Part shown: in pieces, positions 1 to 9,297 of the stretch
Layout of the letters: every line of letters begins with the position of its first letter
How positions within the stretch are numbered: position 1 is the stretch's first letter
Source: an uncultured Gemmatimonadales bacterium
GTDB lineage: Bacteria; Gemmatimonadota; Gemmatimonadetes; Gemmatimonadales; Gemmatimonadaceae
Direction: 5' to 3'
DNA: 64,000 bases
Assembly: GCA_963701965.1 (NCBI GenBank)
Contig: OY969695.1
Span: 1,824,001-1,888,000, forward strand
The notes under the pieces: generated by a model
What the model was told of the DNA's origin: nothing
Seen by the model: the letters and a program-made list of their open reading frames with translations, nothing else
The model's database searches: none
Position numbers and translations under genes: made by a program

Positions 1-41
1 CTCACGCGAACGGCGGACGAAGTGGCACCTCGTGCCAGGCG

Positions 42-1256
42 TCAGTCGAGAAACAGCGTCCGCAAGTATGAGTTCAGGAATCGTCCGGTGGGGTCGAGGT
101 GGTCCCGTGTCGCTTGAAATCTCTCCCACATGGGGTACAGCGCGCGCAACTCCCTCGGCGTGTGCCAGTGGATCTTTCCCCAGTGCGGCCTTCCGCGATG
201 ATTGCGAAAGATCGCTTCGGCATCGCGGAAGAAGCCTTCGTACCGCCGACCCGCGGCCTCATGGATAGAGATCGCGACCACATCGCGCTCGTACGCCGTG
301 CTGATATCAATGGTGTCGGCGCGCTGCGTCCGGTACTCGACGGCCCACTCCACACCTGGGTGCAATGTGCGCATGCACTGACGGATCTCGAGAAAGCATT
401 CTGGTCCGCTCGCCGCCGGTACGGCGAACTCCATCTCGTTGAACGGGACAGCGCGCACGGAAGGATAGATCCGTGCGCTCCAGTCGACCCGCTCCGGCTG
501 CAAGTACCGCTCGACGGTGCCCGGCGGCGGCAGTGTCATTGGAGCGGCGCCGCGCGGCGGCTCATCGGTGAGGCTCAGTGCCTTGATCACACAGCAGTCG
601 TGCACCGGTAGCCAGAAAAACTCTACATGCCGGTTCCGGGCGTCGAGCAATGGGAGCTCGGCGAGGCACTCATCGACCGTGGCGACCCACGACGTCTCAC
701 GGAGTCGGAACGCGGGCACGGCGCGTAGCGTGACCTGGGACAGTACGCCCAACGCGCCGAGCGAGACGCGCGCCGACGAGAACAGGTCCGGCTCCTCGGT
801 CGCCGAGCAATCGATGATGTCGCCAGACGCGAGAATGAGCCGAAGGGCCGTGACTTGGGTCGCCAGGCTGCCGAACGTGGATCCGGTGCCGTGCGTGCCG
901 GTGGAGATCGCACCGGCGATGGACTGTGAGTCGATATCGCCTTGATTGTCGAGCGCCAGGCCAGCCTGCAGCAGAGGCGCTCCGAGCTGCGCGATACGCG
1001 TGCCGGCCCAGACGGTGACGTCCCCGGCCGGCGTGATCGTCCGAATGCCCTCCAGGTCATCCAGGGAGATGAGCATGCCATCGGTCGCGCACAACGGCGT
1101 GAACGAGTGCCCGGCGCCCACCACGCGCACGATCTTCTCGGCGCGCCCGGCGCGCACAACGATCGAGCGCAGCGCGTCCTCCGTTGCGGGCTGTCCGCGC
1201 TCGCGGGGGAGCGCCGTCACGCCGCCGGACCAGTTGCGCCAGGATTGTGCGGCCAT
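42..1256 (-). CDS. FAD-linked oxidase, D-arabinono-1,4-lactone oxidase (ALO) family
   Basis: N-terminal WRNWSG; FAD-binding VVGAGHSF; GAISTGTHGTG; EMEFAVP and GRPHWGK motifs. Confidence 0.9.
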   Translation of the reverse strand: MAAQSWRNWSGGVTALPRERGQPATEDALRSIVVRAGRAEKIVRVVGAGHSFTPLCATDGMLISLDDLEGIRTITPAGDVTVWAGTRIAQLGAPLLQAGLALDNQGDIDSQSIAGAISTGTHGTGSTFGSLATQVTALRLILASGDIIDCSATEEPDLFSSARVSLGALGVLSQVTLRAVPAFRLRETSWVATVDECLAELPLLDARNRHVEFFWLPVHDCCVIKALSLTDEPPRGAAPMTLPPPGTVERYLQPERVDWSARIYPSVRAVPFNEMEFAVPAASGPECFLEIRQCMRTLHPGVEWAVEYRTQRADTIDISTAYERDVVAISIHEAAGRRYEGFFRDAEAIFRNHRGRPHWGKIHWHTPRELRALYPMWERFQATRDHLDPTGRFLNSYLRTLFLD

Positions 1257-1259
1257 GGG

Positions 1260-1289
1260 GTAATGACTATAATCACTTTATAGCATTAC
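1260..1289. promoter_or_regulatory. AT-rich inverted repeat (candidate operator) between the divergent oxidase and arginase genes
   Basis: GTAATGACTATAA-TCACT-TTATAG-CATTAC, with a TATAAT inside the left arm. Confidence 0.45.
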
Positions 1290-1322
1290 TGCCAGCCGCC
1301 ACCCCCGGCCCATGGTGCACCC

Positions 1323-2235
1323 ATGCCGTCAATGCCCGTCCCTCTGGTTATCATCGGCGCCCCGAGCAGCGCGGGCGCGTTCGCACCGGGACAGGAACAG
1401 GCTCCAGCGGCGTTGCGGCGTGCGGGGCTGGTCGAGCGCCTTCGCGACACGGGGCGCGAGGTGGTCGATGACGGCGATCTCCCGCCCTGGCGCTGGCGAC
1501 CCGATCGAGCGCACGCCAACGCGCAGAACGCCGACGCGGTGATCAACGTGGTGCGGGGGGTGTCGGGGCGCGTCCAGGCGGCGCTCGCGAAGCGGAGGCT
1601 GGCGCTCGTGCTTGGCGGTGACTGTACCGTCGGCATCGGCACGGTCGCCGGTCACGGCGACAATGACGTGGGTCTCATCTACTTCGACATGCATGCGGAT
1701 CTCAATACGCCGGAGAGTGCACCGCCCGGTGCGCTGGATTGGATGGGCGTGGCGCACATGTTGGGGTATCCGGGCACGGTCGACGCGCTCGCGCGCGCCG
1801 GGGGGCGCCATCCCCTTGTCGCGCCGGAGCAGGTGCTCCTCTTCGCGCACCGCGACGATCAGGCGCGCCCGTGGGAGCGCTCCTGCATCGCACGGGACGG
1901 ACTAGCGCGCATCGCGATCGAGGATGTCGCGCGCGACCCTGCGGCGGCCGCCAGTCAGGCCCTGGGCTGGGCGGGGCGACGATTCGATCACTTGGTCATC
2001 CACTTCGATGTCGACGTGGTCGACTTCACCGATGCGCCGCTGTCGGAGAACACCGGGCGCAACATCGGCTTGCGCCTGACCAATGCCCTGCACGCGCTCG
2101 GCGATCTCCTCCAGGATCCTCGCGTCAGCGCCGTGACGGTCACCGAGCTCAACCCGGATCATGGGGAGCCCGGAGAATGCCACGCTCACCCGGTTCGTCG
2201 CCGGCTTCGCTGAGGCGTTTCGGACGCGTGACTGA
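1323..2235 (+). CDS. Arginase family protein; frameshift near 2176
   Basis: LGGDCT, DMHADLN, HFDVDVVD and TELNPDH motifs. Removing one A at GAGAATG gives a normal C-terminal helix (DATLTRFVAGFAEAFRTRD*, stop at 2235). Confidence 0.85.
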
Positions 2236-2253
2236 TCGCGCGAACATTACAAT

Positions 2254-2480
2254 GTGTACTTGGATAGTTCGTCCGACCGCCATCGGGACAACGAGAATGC
2301 CATTGCCCGTGTCTGGCGAGGCGTTGTCCCCAGCGAGAAGAGCGACGGGTACTTGCACTATCTGCTTGACTTCGGCTTTCGGGATTATCAGACGTACACG
2401 GGCAATCGCGGTGTCCAACTGCAACGACCTTGAATGCCTCGTCGATCCGGCGCGTACAGTTGAACCCTACGAGGTGCTGT
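2254..2480 (+). pseudogene. Remnant of an antibiotic-biosynthesis-monooxygenase-like (ABM) gene with an internal deletion
   Basis: IARVWRGVVPSEKSDGYLHYLLDFGFRDYQTYTGNRGVQL, stop at 2433; the C-terminal-like LVDPARTVEPYEV follows in another frame with the middle missing. Confidence 0.55.
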
Positions 2481-2559
2481 CAGGTCTCGTCCCTTGGAGC
2501 AACTTGACGCGCCGTGCGCCCGCCGACTTCCGCGCCATGCGCCACTGGGCGTGAAGGAT

Positions 2560-2605
2560 CCGGAGAGCCTCGAACTCCCGACCTTTTTGATCCGTAGGTC
2601 AGAAT
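2560..2605 (-). repeat. Degenerate copy of the 3' half of tRNA-Arg(ACG), att-like site
   Basis: ccggagagCctcgaactcccGaccTttttgatccgtag versus ccggagagactcgaactcccaaccttttgatccgtag starting at 10746. Confidence 0.8.
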
Positions 2606-2887
2606 CTACGGACATCGCGTTTTGATGGTCGAGTACCGCCGACGCAAACCGCGAATATGGCACCAATGCCCCGTCATTTCGATCAATGCGCGCATGGCAC
2701 ACATCGACTCAAGATTGACGTTCTTGCCCCTCGGGAGACCCAATGCCGCCGCGCATATTGCATGCGTCATGCGAGACCGGGCATGGAACCGATGATGACT
2801 CCCGCGCTGGTGCCACTCGCCGCACGCTTCCGACCCTTGACGGCCGTGTTGTTGTGTCTCGCCGGGCGCCCGGCGAGATTGGCTGGC

Positions 2888-4405
2888 ATGTCGAGCCGGT
2901 TCGCAGTCCTGATCGCTGTTTTCGTCGCACCCACTGCTCGGGCGCAGACCACCGCCGCTGCCCCCTGGCTCGTCTGGCCGCCTGCCGCCGAACAATGCCG
3001 ATCCGACACCGGTGACGCGCGCGCGGTGCTCGGCCGCGCCGGTCGGATCCTTGGCCTCGATTCGGCCCAGGCCCATGTGCTCCGGATGCATTCGCACGAG
3101 ATCGTCCAGCACAACTTCGAGTCCGACCGCCCGTACCGGCCTTTTCTCATGGATGTCGCCGACCACGTGTCCTGGCTTAATGTAACGAATGGCGTCGAAC
3201 GCGACTCGGTAACGCGCGATCTTGGCCAGCGCGGGTCGGCAGTTCGGGTCGAGATCGGCGACGATCGCGCGACCTTCGTGCGGCAGGATGCGACATGGCG
3301 GCAGAACGATCGCGCCTGGGTCAACGCCGAGCGCTATCGCGCGCTCGATCCGCGGATCGTCGTCCGCGCCTGGATCGCCGCCAACGACGTGCGGGTCGCG
3401 GGGCGCTGCGTCTATCGCGACTACGAGCGAACGGTGCTCACTCGGTCCGGCCTCTACGGTGTGGAACGACTCTATGTCGACCCAAAGACCGGCTACATAG
3501 TGAAGCTCGATCGCCAGGAGCCCAACTCCCTTTGGGGACAGGTGCACGTCGAGTTCGTGTACGCCACCTGGCAATTGTTCGGAACCGCTGCCATGCCGGC
3601 GATCTCCAGCAGGCTGCTGGACGGCGACGAAGAGGTCGCGCGGAATGTCTCGACCGCGGAGTGGGGCCCGTCCGACTCCGACTCAGCCCTCGCGCTCCCT
3701 GGCACCCCGACCACCCCGGCACTCGCGTCGCCGTCCGAGCTCCTACGCCCGGCCCTGCCCGACACCCAGCGGCTGGGCCCGCACACGTACCTGCTCGCCA
3801 ACGCGGGGCACGGCGAGGGACACAATGAGGTTGTCACATTGGTGCGCGACACCGTTTACGTCCTCGACGCCACCGAGAGTCAAGCGCGCGCGCGAGCCGA
3901 CTCGTCGTGGATCGGACGGTTATTTCCGGGGCGGCACCCCATCGTCGTGATCGTCACCGACCTGGTCTGGCCGCACGTCGCCGGTGTGCGGTTCTGGGTG
4001 GCGAGTGGCGCCACGATCATGTCAGGCGTGCAGTCGGCGCCGTTCCTCCGCGCCGTAGTGGCCCGACAATGGATGGGGAACCCTGACAAGCTCGAATTGC
4101 TGCCCCATCGACCGGCTCTGCGCTTCGTACCCGTGCGCGAGCCGCTCAGCCGAGCCGGGATCGCGGCGTACCCCATCGATGGTATCGGGACCGAAGGCAC
4201 CCTCATGGTGTGGCTCCCCGAGGATAGTCTGCTTTGGGCGGGCGACAACGTGCAGCAGCTGAACATCCCCTCGCTCAACACAAACGAGGTTTACGCCGCT
4301 GCATGCCGCGCCGAGCTCACTCCCACGCGCGTGGTCGCCCAACACCAACCGACAGCGCTATGGTCCAAACTCGCGGCGGTAGTCGCCACTCCGTGCCGGC
4401 ATTGA
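2888..4405 (+). CDS. Secreted protein with a C-terminal metallo-beta-lactamase-like fold (degenerate metal motif)
   Basis: Signal peptide MSSRFAVLIAVFVAPTARA-Q; C-terminal VYVLDA, VIVTDLVWPHVAG, LLWAGD pattern; start uncertain (ORF open from 2657). Confidence 0.6.
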   Translation: MSSRFAVLIAVFVAPTARAQTTAAAPWLVWPPAAEQCRSDTGDARAVLGRAGRILGLDSAQAHVLRMHSHEIVQHNFESDRPYRPFLMDVADHVSWLNVTNGVERDSVTRDLGQRGSAVRVEIGDDRATFVRQDATWRQNDRAWVNAERYRALDPRIVVRAWIAANDVRVAGRCVYRDYERTVLTRSGLYGVERLYVDPKTGYIVKLDRQEPNSLWGQVHVEFVYATWQLFGTAAMPAISSRLLDGDEEVARNVSTAEWGPSDSDSALALPGTPTTPALASPSELLRPALPDTQRLGPHTYLLANAGHGEGHNEVVTLVRDTVYVLDATESQARARADSSWIGRLFPGRHPIVVIVTDLVWPHVAGVRFWVASGATIMSGVQSAPFLRAVVARQWMGNPDKLELLPHRPALRFVPVREPLSRAGIAAYPIDGIGTEGTLMVWLPEDSLLWAGDNVQQLNIPSLNTNEVYAAACRAELTPTRVVAQHQPTALWSKLAAVVATPCRH

Positions 4406-4613
4406 TGCGGCGCGATCGGACCGCTGCCAAACCGCGCGCCCGATCCGCCTCAATGCCATCGATCTCGCACGCGGCATCGTGATGGTGCTCATGGGGCTCG
4501 ATCACACGCGCACGTACGCTTTCAGCCGCGCGCACAATCCCGTCAATGAGCGGCGAAGGATCGACGGATGGGATACGCCGATCGCGAGCCTCCGCGCGAT
4601 CGAGCGGCCCTAG
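4405..4613 (+). pseudogene. Truncated N-terminus of a DUF1624/HGSNAT-like membrane acyltransferase
   Basis: RLNAIDLARGIVMVLMGLDHTR from 4446, no in-frame start, stop at 4611-4613. Confidence 0.6.
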
Positions 4614-4615
4614 AG

Positions 4616-6328
4616 TTGCGTCAGTCGATCCGCGGCGCGTCACGAACTGCGTGCGTGGCGGCCCTCACCGTCATGATGGGCACCGCGCTCACCGCTCGCG
4701 CCCAGAGCTCGTCGGATGAGACACTGACGCACGCCGACACGCTGCGCGGCTCGATTACGCCCGAGCGCGCCTGGTGGGACGTCACGTTCTACGACCTGCA
4801 TGTAGCCGTCTCATTGGCCGACAGCAGCATCCGCGGCTCGAACGGGATTACCTACCGGGTCGTCGGCACGCCGCGCCGCGAGATGCAGATCGATCTCCAG
4901 GTGCCGCTCGGTATGGATAGCGTCGTGCAAGCCGGCGAACGGCTCGCCTACCGGCGGGATGGGGACGCGTTCTTCGTGACGCCGGCCGCGCCACAACTCG
5001 TGGGCAGCGTGCAAACGATGACCGTCTATTATCACGGCCGGCCCCGCGTCGCGCTGCAGCCCCCATGGGACGGCGGCTTCGTGTGGTCGCACGACAGCCT
5101 CGGCCATCCATGGGTCGCCACCGCGGTCCAGGGACTCGGCGCCAGCGCGTGGTGGCCGAACAAGGACACGCAGGCCGATGAGCCCGACAGTCAGCGGATC
5201 GCGATCACCGTCCCCGATTCGCTCACCAATGTGTCGAACGGACGTCTGCGCCGGACGAGTCATCACCACGACGGCACGATGACCTACGAGTGGTTCGTCG
5301 AGAATCCGATCAACAACTACAATGTCGCAGTCAATATCGGCGTGTACGCACACGACAGCACCACATATCCCGGTGCACAGGGCCCGTTGACGATGGATTT
5401 CTGGCCGCTGCGCATCCACGCGCAGGTGGCACGTACGCAATTCACGCAGGCGACCTCGATGCTGCAGTGTTTCGAGCAATGGTTCGGGCCGTACCCATGG
5501 TACGCCGATGGGTACAAGCTCGTCGAGACGCCGTACTTAGGCATGGAGCACCAGAGCGCCATCGCATACGGGAACCAATACAAGAATGGCTACCGCGGGC
5601 GCGATCTGTCGCGGACCGGATGGGGTCTCCGCTGGGATTTCATCATCGTGCACGAGAGCGCGCACGAGTGGTTCGGCAACAACCTCACGGCAGCCGACCT
5701 CGCGGACAGTTGGGTGCATGAGGCCTTCGCGACGTACGCCGAAGCGCTCTACACGGAGTGTCTGTTTGGTCCGCAAGCCGGCGCGGAGTACATGCGGGGG
5801 CAGCGCGCGGGGGTGCGGAACGACGCGCCCGTCATCGGGCCGTACAATGTGAACCGCGAGGGGTCGGCCGACATGTATCCGAAAGGGGGCAACATGCTGC
5901 TCACGATCCGGCAGATCATCGGCAACGACAGCACGTGGCGCAGCATCCTGAGGGGGCTCAACGCAACGTTCTGGCACCAGGTCGTGACCGGCCAGCAGAT
6001 AGAGGAATACATCAGCCAACACGCTGGGATCGACCTGCGCCCGGTGTTCGCCCAGTATCTGACGACGACCGACATCCCGGTCTTCGAGTACGTGTACTTC
6101 GGTGGGACGCTCCGCTATCGATGGAGGAACGTGGTCCGCGGATTCGACATGCCGGTACGGGTAAGGATCGGCCCATCGGACACGATCACGCTGACGCCCC
6201 GCACGTCGTGGCAAGCCATGCGTCTGCCCAAAGGGGTGAGGGACGCCATCGCGATCGATCCCAACTACTACGCCGTCGTACAGCGATTCGACGCCCCACC
6301 GCCATGCATACTCGTCTGCAGGCCGTAA
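4616..6328 (+). CDS. M1 family zinc aminopeptidase, secreted
   Basis: YLGMEHQS exopeptidase motif, HESAHEWFGN...HEAFATY zinc motif, YPKG; signal peptide; start uncertain. Confidence 0.92.
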   Translation: MRQSIRGASRTACVAALTVMMGTALTARAQSSSDETLTHADTLRGSITPERAWWDVTFYDLHVAVSLADSSIRGSNGITYRVVGTPRREMQIDLQVPLGMDSVVQAGERLAYRRDGDAFFVTPAAPQLVGSVQTMTVYYHGRPRVALQPPWDGGFVWSHDSLGHPWVATAVQGLGASAWWPNKDTQADEPDSQRIAITVPDSLTNVSNGRLRRTSHHHDGTMTYEWFVENPINNYNVAVNIGVYAHDSTTYPGAQGPLTMDFWPLRIHAQVARTQFTQATSMLQCFEQWFGPYPWYADGYKLVETPYLGMEHQSAIAYGNQYKNGYRGRDLSRTGWGLRWDFIIVHESAHEWFGNNLTAADLADSWVHEAFATYAEALYTECLFGPQAGAEYMRGQRAGVRNDAPVIGPYNVNREGSADMYPKGGNMLLTIRQIIGNDSTWRSILRGLNATFWHQVVTGQQIEEYISQHAGIDLRPVFAQYLTTTDIPVFEYVYFGGTLRYRWRNVVRGFDMPVRVRIGPSDTITLTPRTSWQAMRLPKGVRDAIAIDPNYYAVVQRFDAPPPCILVCRP

Positions 6329-6452
6329 CGTCGCCGCCATCGAGCGACAGGCGATCTGGCGATCCTTGATCGTTCATCCATGAGGCCGAGGCGCCGTTCC
6401 GCGCGTCAGCCTGTTGAATGGGACCAACTGCTGCTTCGAGTGACATGCACCA

Positions 6453-7349
6453 ATGACGACTCAGATCGTACGCGAAACACGTCGCATTGTCCCCACGCTT
6501 GCCCTGGCGACGGCCGGGTGCCTGTGGGGCACAGGATTCTTGTTCGGTAAGGTCGCCTTGAGCGAGATGCCGGTCGCCGACATGGTCTTGTTCCGCTTCG
6601 TGTTCGCCTGCGCGGCATTGGCGCCCTGCATCTTCTTGCACCGCCCTCGCTTTGCCCGAACCGAATGGGCTTGGGTGCTGGCCGCGGCGGTATTGGGGGT
6701 ACCGGTCCAGTACCTCGTCCAGTTCAAGGGGTTGTCGCTCACCACGGTCTCGCAAGCGTCTCTCATGGTCGGCACGTTGCCGATGCTGCTGGCAGTCGCC
6801 GCCGTGACATTCTCGGGCGAGCGATTGCAACCCAGTGGCTGGGTTGCGCTCGCCGCTTCGAGTGTTGGCGCGGGATTGATCGCGCTGTCGAACCAGACGG
6901 CCTCGGGGACGACGCACGCGAGCGCGCTCGGCGACCTGCTGGTTGTCCTGTCGATGTTTGCCGTCATCGCCTGGATACTGATTTCGAAGCGTCTCATGCA
7001 GCGGCACGCGGCCGTGATGGTGACCGCATTCGTGTATTGGATCGGCACCGGCATTCTGGCGACGGTGGTCGTGGGCACCCTCGGCGTTCCCTCCTTCCAT
7101 TATTCGCGTCGCGCCTGGCTCGCGGTGGCAGAGCAAGGGTTATTGGCCACCGCCGTCACGACGCTGCTGTGGAACTGGGGCCTCAAGCGGGTTCCGGCAT
7201 CGCGCGCGGGAATATTCGTAAACTTGGAACCTCTCGTGGGCGCAATCCTCGGCGTGCTGGTGCTGCACGACGTGTTGGGAAGCACGGGACTCGTCGGCGG
7301 TGCGCTGATTATTGGTGGGGCCGCCTACTTCAGCTACACGAACACCTAA
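6453..7349 (+). CDS. EamA/DMT family transporter
   Basis: About 10 TM helices in two EamA repeats; LWGTGF, GDLL and NLEPLVG motifs. Confidence 0.92.
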   Translation: MTTQIVRETRRIVPTLALATAGCLWGTGFLFGKVALSEMPVADMVLFRFVFACAALAPCIFLHRPRFARTEWAWVLAAAVLGVPVQYLVQFKGLSLTTVSQASLMVGTLPMLLAVAAVTFSGERLQPSGWVALAASSVGAGLIALSNQTASGTTHASALGDLLVVLSMFAVIAWILISKRLMQRHAAVMVTAFVYWIGTGILATVVVGTLGVPSFHYSRRAWLAVAEQGLLATAVTTLLWNWGLKRVPASRAGIFVNLEPLVGAILGVLVLHDVLGSTGLVGGALIIGGAAYFSYTNT

Positions 7350-7648
7350 GCCGATATGCATCTTGCCCGACTCGACATCTGGTGAACATTCACGAGTCGA
7401 CACCTGCGCCAGTTTCGCAATCTCATGCACGCGGGCGCGGTGCAACGGCTATCTCAAACGTGCAATAGAGGCACCGCCTACGCCGCCTATGGCACCGTTG
7501 AGATGGTCGCGTCCGCGCTTGAGTAGCAGCACCCGACGCGAGACACACACACCACATTCTGACAGCGGCCATCATGGCCACCGAGACTTTAAGCAAATCG
7601 TATATCCGGCCGCCATCACGCTGGAATATCATCCCCGCACCGAACTAG

Positions 7649-9142
7649 TCATCGACTGATGCTACTCTCGTTGACTACGAACGAGCAGTCCGGAGCATTG
7701 TTCGGACCGAGAGGCCCAGGCGGGCAGACCTTGCTAAAGGTGTAGCGTTTGAATGTTTGGCTAGGCTCCATCGCAGCGTAGTACTGTGCGAAGTCGTTCC
7801 ATGCGCGTGCGACCTGGTAGCCGTCGAGCGTGAAGAGTCTTGGCGCGCCTGGCTCCTTCAGATCCGCAATCTCGAGTGTGATGATTGGCAATCGCGCTGC
7901 GGAGTCAGGGCCGAACACGCTGGCGTCATAGACGTAGTACCCGCGGTCCGCTACATCTTTGAGTGAAACCCAACGATCGGCGACGAGCACCGGAATCGGA
8001 TCGTGCCCGCCGAACAACGGTGAGACGACCATCGATCCACGATGCAGTTTGACACCACGCACGTCCGCTTGATACTTGAGAGTGGCTGACGGATCGACGC
8101 CGAGGAGACTTCGGCTCAAGCTGCGAAGGATAGTGCTTCCAAGAGTCTCCGCGATCCGCGGGTACACTGAAATCGAGATTACGGCCCGCGCGTTGTGCCC
8201 AACGAAGGTATCCCAGTCATGCATCGTGAGCACTTCGTCCTGATACCGCTCCTCCTGTGGGATCTCAGCCTTCGCTTCTCGTTGCGCGCGATCATGCGTT
8301 ATCTCACGAAAACGACTCTCGCGCTTGATCAGGTCCGACACCGGTGTCGAGATCGCAACCACGAACGGGCCGGCGTCCATGGCGTCAAAGGACTCGAAGG
8401 CATCGGGCTTGGCACTATCAAGCAAGGCTTTGAGCAATCGCGTCGGGTACGGACGCGAGGAGAGTACCGGCAGGACGTCCGCAATCGGAGGAGGCATCGA
8501 CCGCAGTGATTCCCGCGCGTGATCGAAGAGCACGGCGAGTCGATCTACCGGGATCGCCCCGTATATTCCTGCTCCATGTCCTTCCGTGGCAACGAACGTG
8601 TTGATCGCGATAACCTCGCCGGCGAGGTTGAGCAACGGACCGCCAGAGTTTCCCGGATTCAAATTCACATCCGTGATGATGGCGCCCGATTGGACATTGC
8701 TGACAATGCCGGCTGTTATCGACAAGGGCTCATCAAGCGGATAGCCCAGCGCAACCACATGCTGTCCGGGTCGGGTCAGCGTCGTGGCGGCGGGCGCGAG
8801 TCTCAGCCCGACGCACTGGCTGCATCGATTGAGGTCGATCTTTAGGAGTGCGAGGTCCGCGACCAGGTCCTCGTCAACTACCCGTGCCGGTACGCGCGTC
8901 GCAGAATCCACGTACACCGAGATGTCGGACTGGGCATTGATGACGTGCGCGTTTGTGACGAGTAACCCGCCGAGCGAATCCACGAGGAAGGCGGTTCCCG
9001 AGCGCAAGCCGGCGCTGACAGCGAAGACCGCATGAAGACCGTGCTCGTACAATCCAATCTCGGGTTGGTCTTGTGCACAGGCGCTTCGTGGCGATGTCAG
9101 GCTGATAGATAGAGCAGCCACCACGACCGTTGGTCGCCTCAC
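7649..9142 (-). CDS. Secreted trypsin-like (S1C) serine protease with an unrecognised C-terminal domain
   Basis: TNAHVI, ADLALL, NPGNSGGPL catalytic triad; signal peptide; no PDZ evident. Confidence 0.85.
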   Translation of the reverse strand: MRRPTVVVAALSISLTSPRSACAQDQPEIGLYEHGLHAVFAVSAGLRSGTAFLVDSLGGLLVTNAHVINAQSDISVYVDSATRVPARVVDEDLVADLALLKIDLNRCSQCVGLRLAPAATTLTRPGQHVVALGYPLDEPLSITAGIVSNVQSGAIITDVNLNPGNSGGPLLNLAGEVIAINTFVATEGHGAGIYGAIPVDRLAVLFDHARESLRSMPPPIADVLPVLSSRPYPTRLLKALLDSAKPDAFESFDAMDAGPFVVAISTPVSDLIKRESRFREITHDRAQREAKAEIPQEERYQDEVLTMHDWDTFVGHNARAVISISVYPRIAETLGSTILRSLSRSLLGVDPSATLKYQADVRGVKLHRGSMVVSPLFGGHDPIPVLVADRWVSLKDVADRGYYVYDASVFGPDSAARLPIITLEIADLKEPGAPRLFTLDGYQVARAWNDFAQYYAAMEPSQTFKRYTFSKVCPPGPLGPNNAPDCSFVVNESSISR

Positions 9143-9297
9143 GCGTAGTCCTCACAGTTTGGGCGCGCCTGGACACCGACAACCTGATCGTCTTCGGTCG
9201 AGAATATGTCATGACTATTCGCACGCCGGAAGGATGGACGCATCACCGGTCTCACGCGTCTGAGGGCGACTCTGGGCCGTCGTCGTGCGATACCTTG

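Noticed and set aside
9160..9270. Further decayed tRNA-Arg fragments between the protease and AAA genes
   Set aside because: Only short scattered matches, not distinguishable from chance
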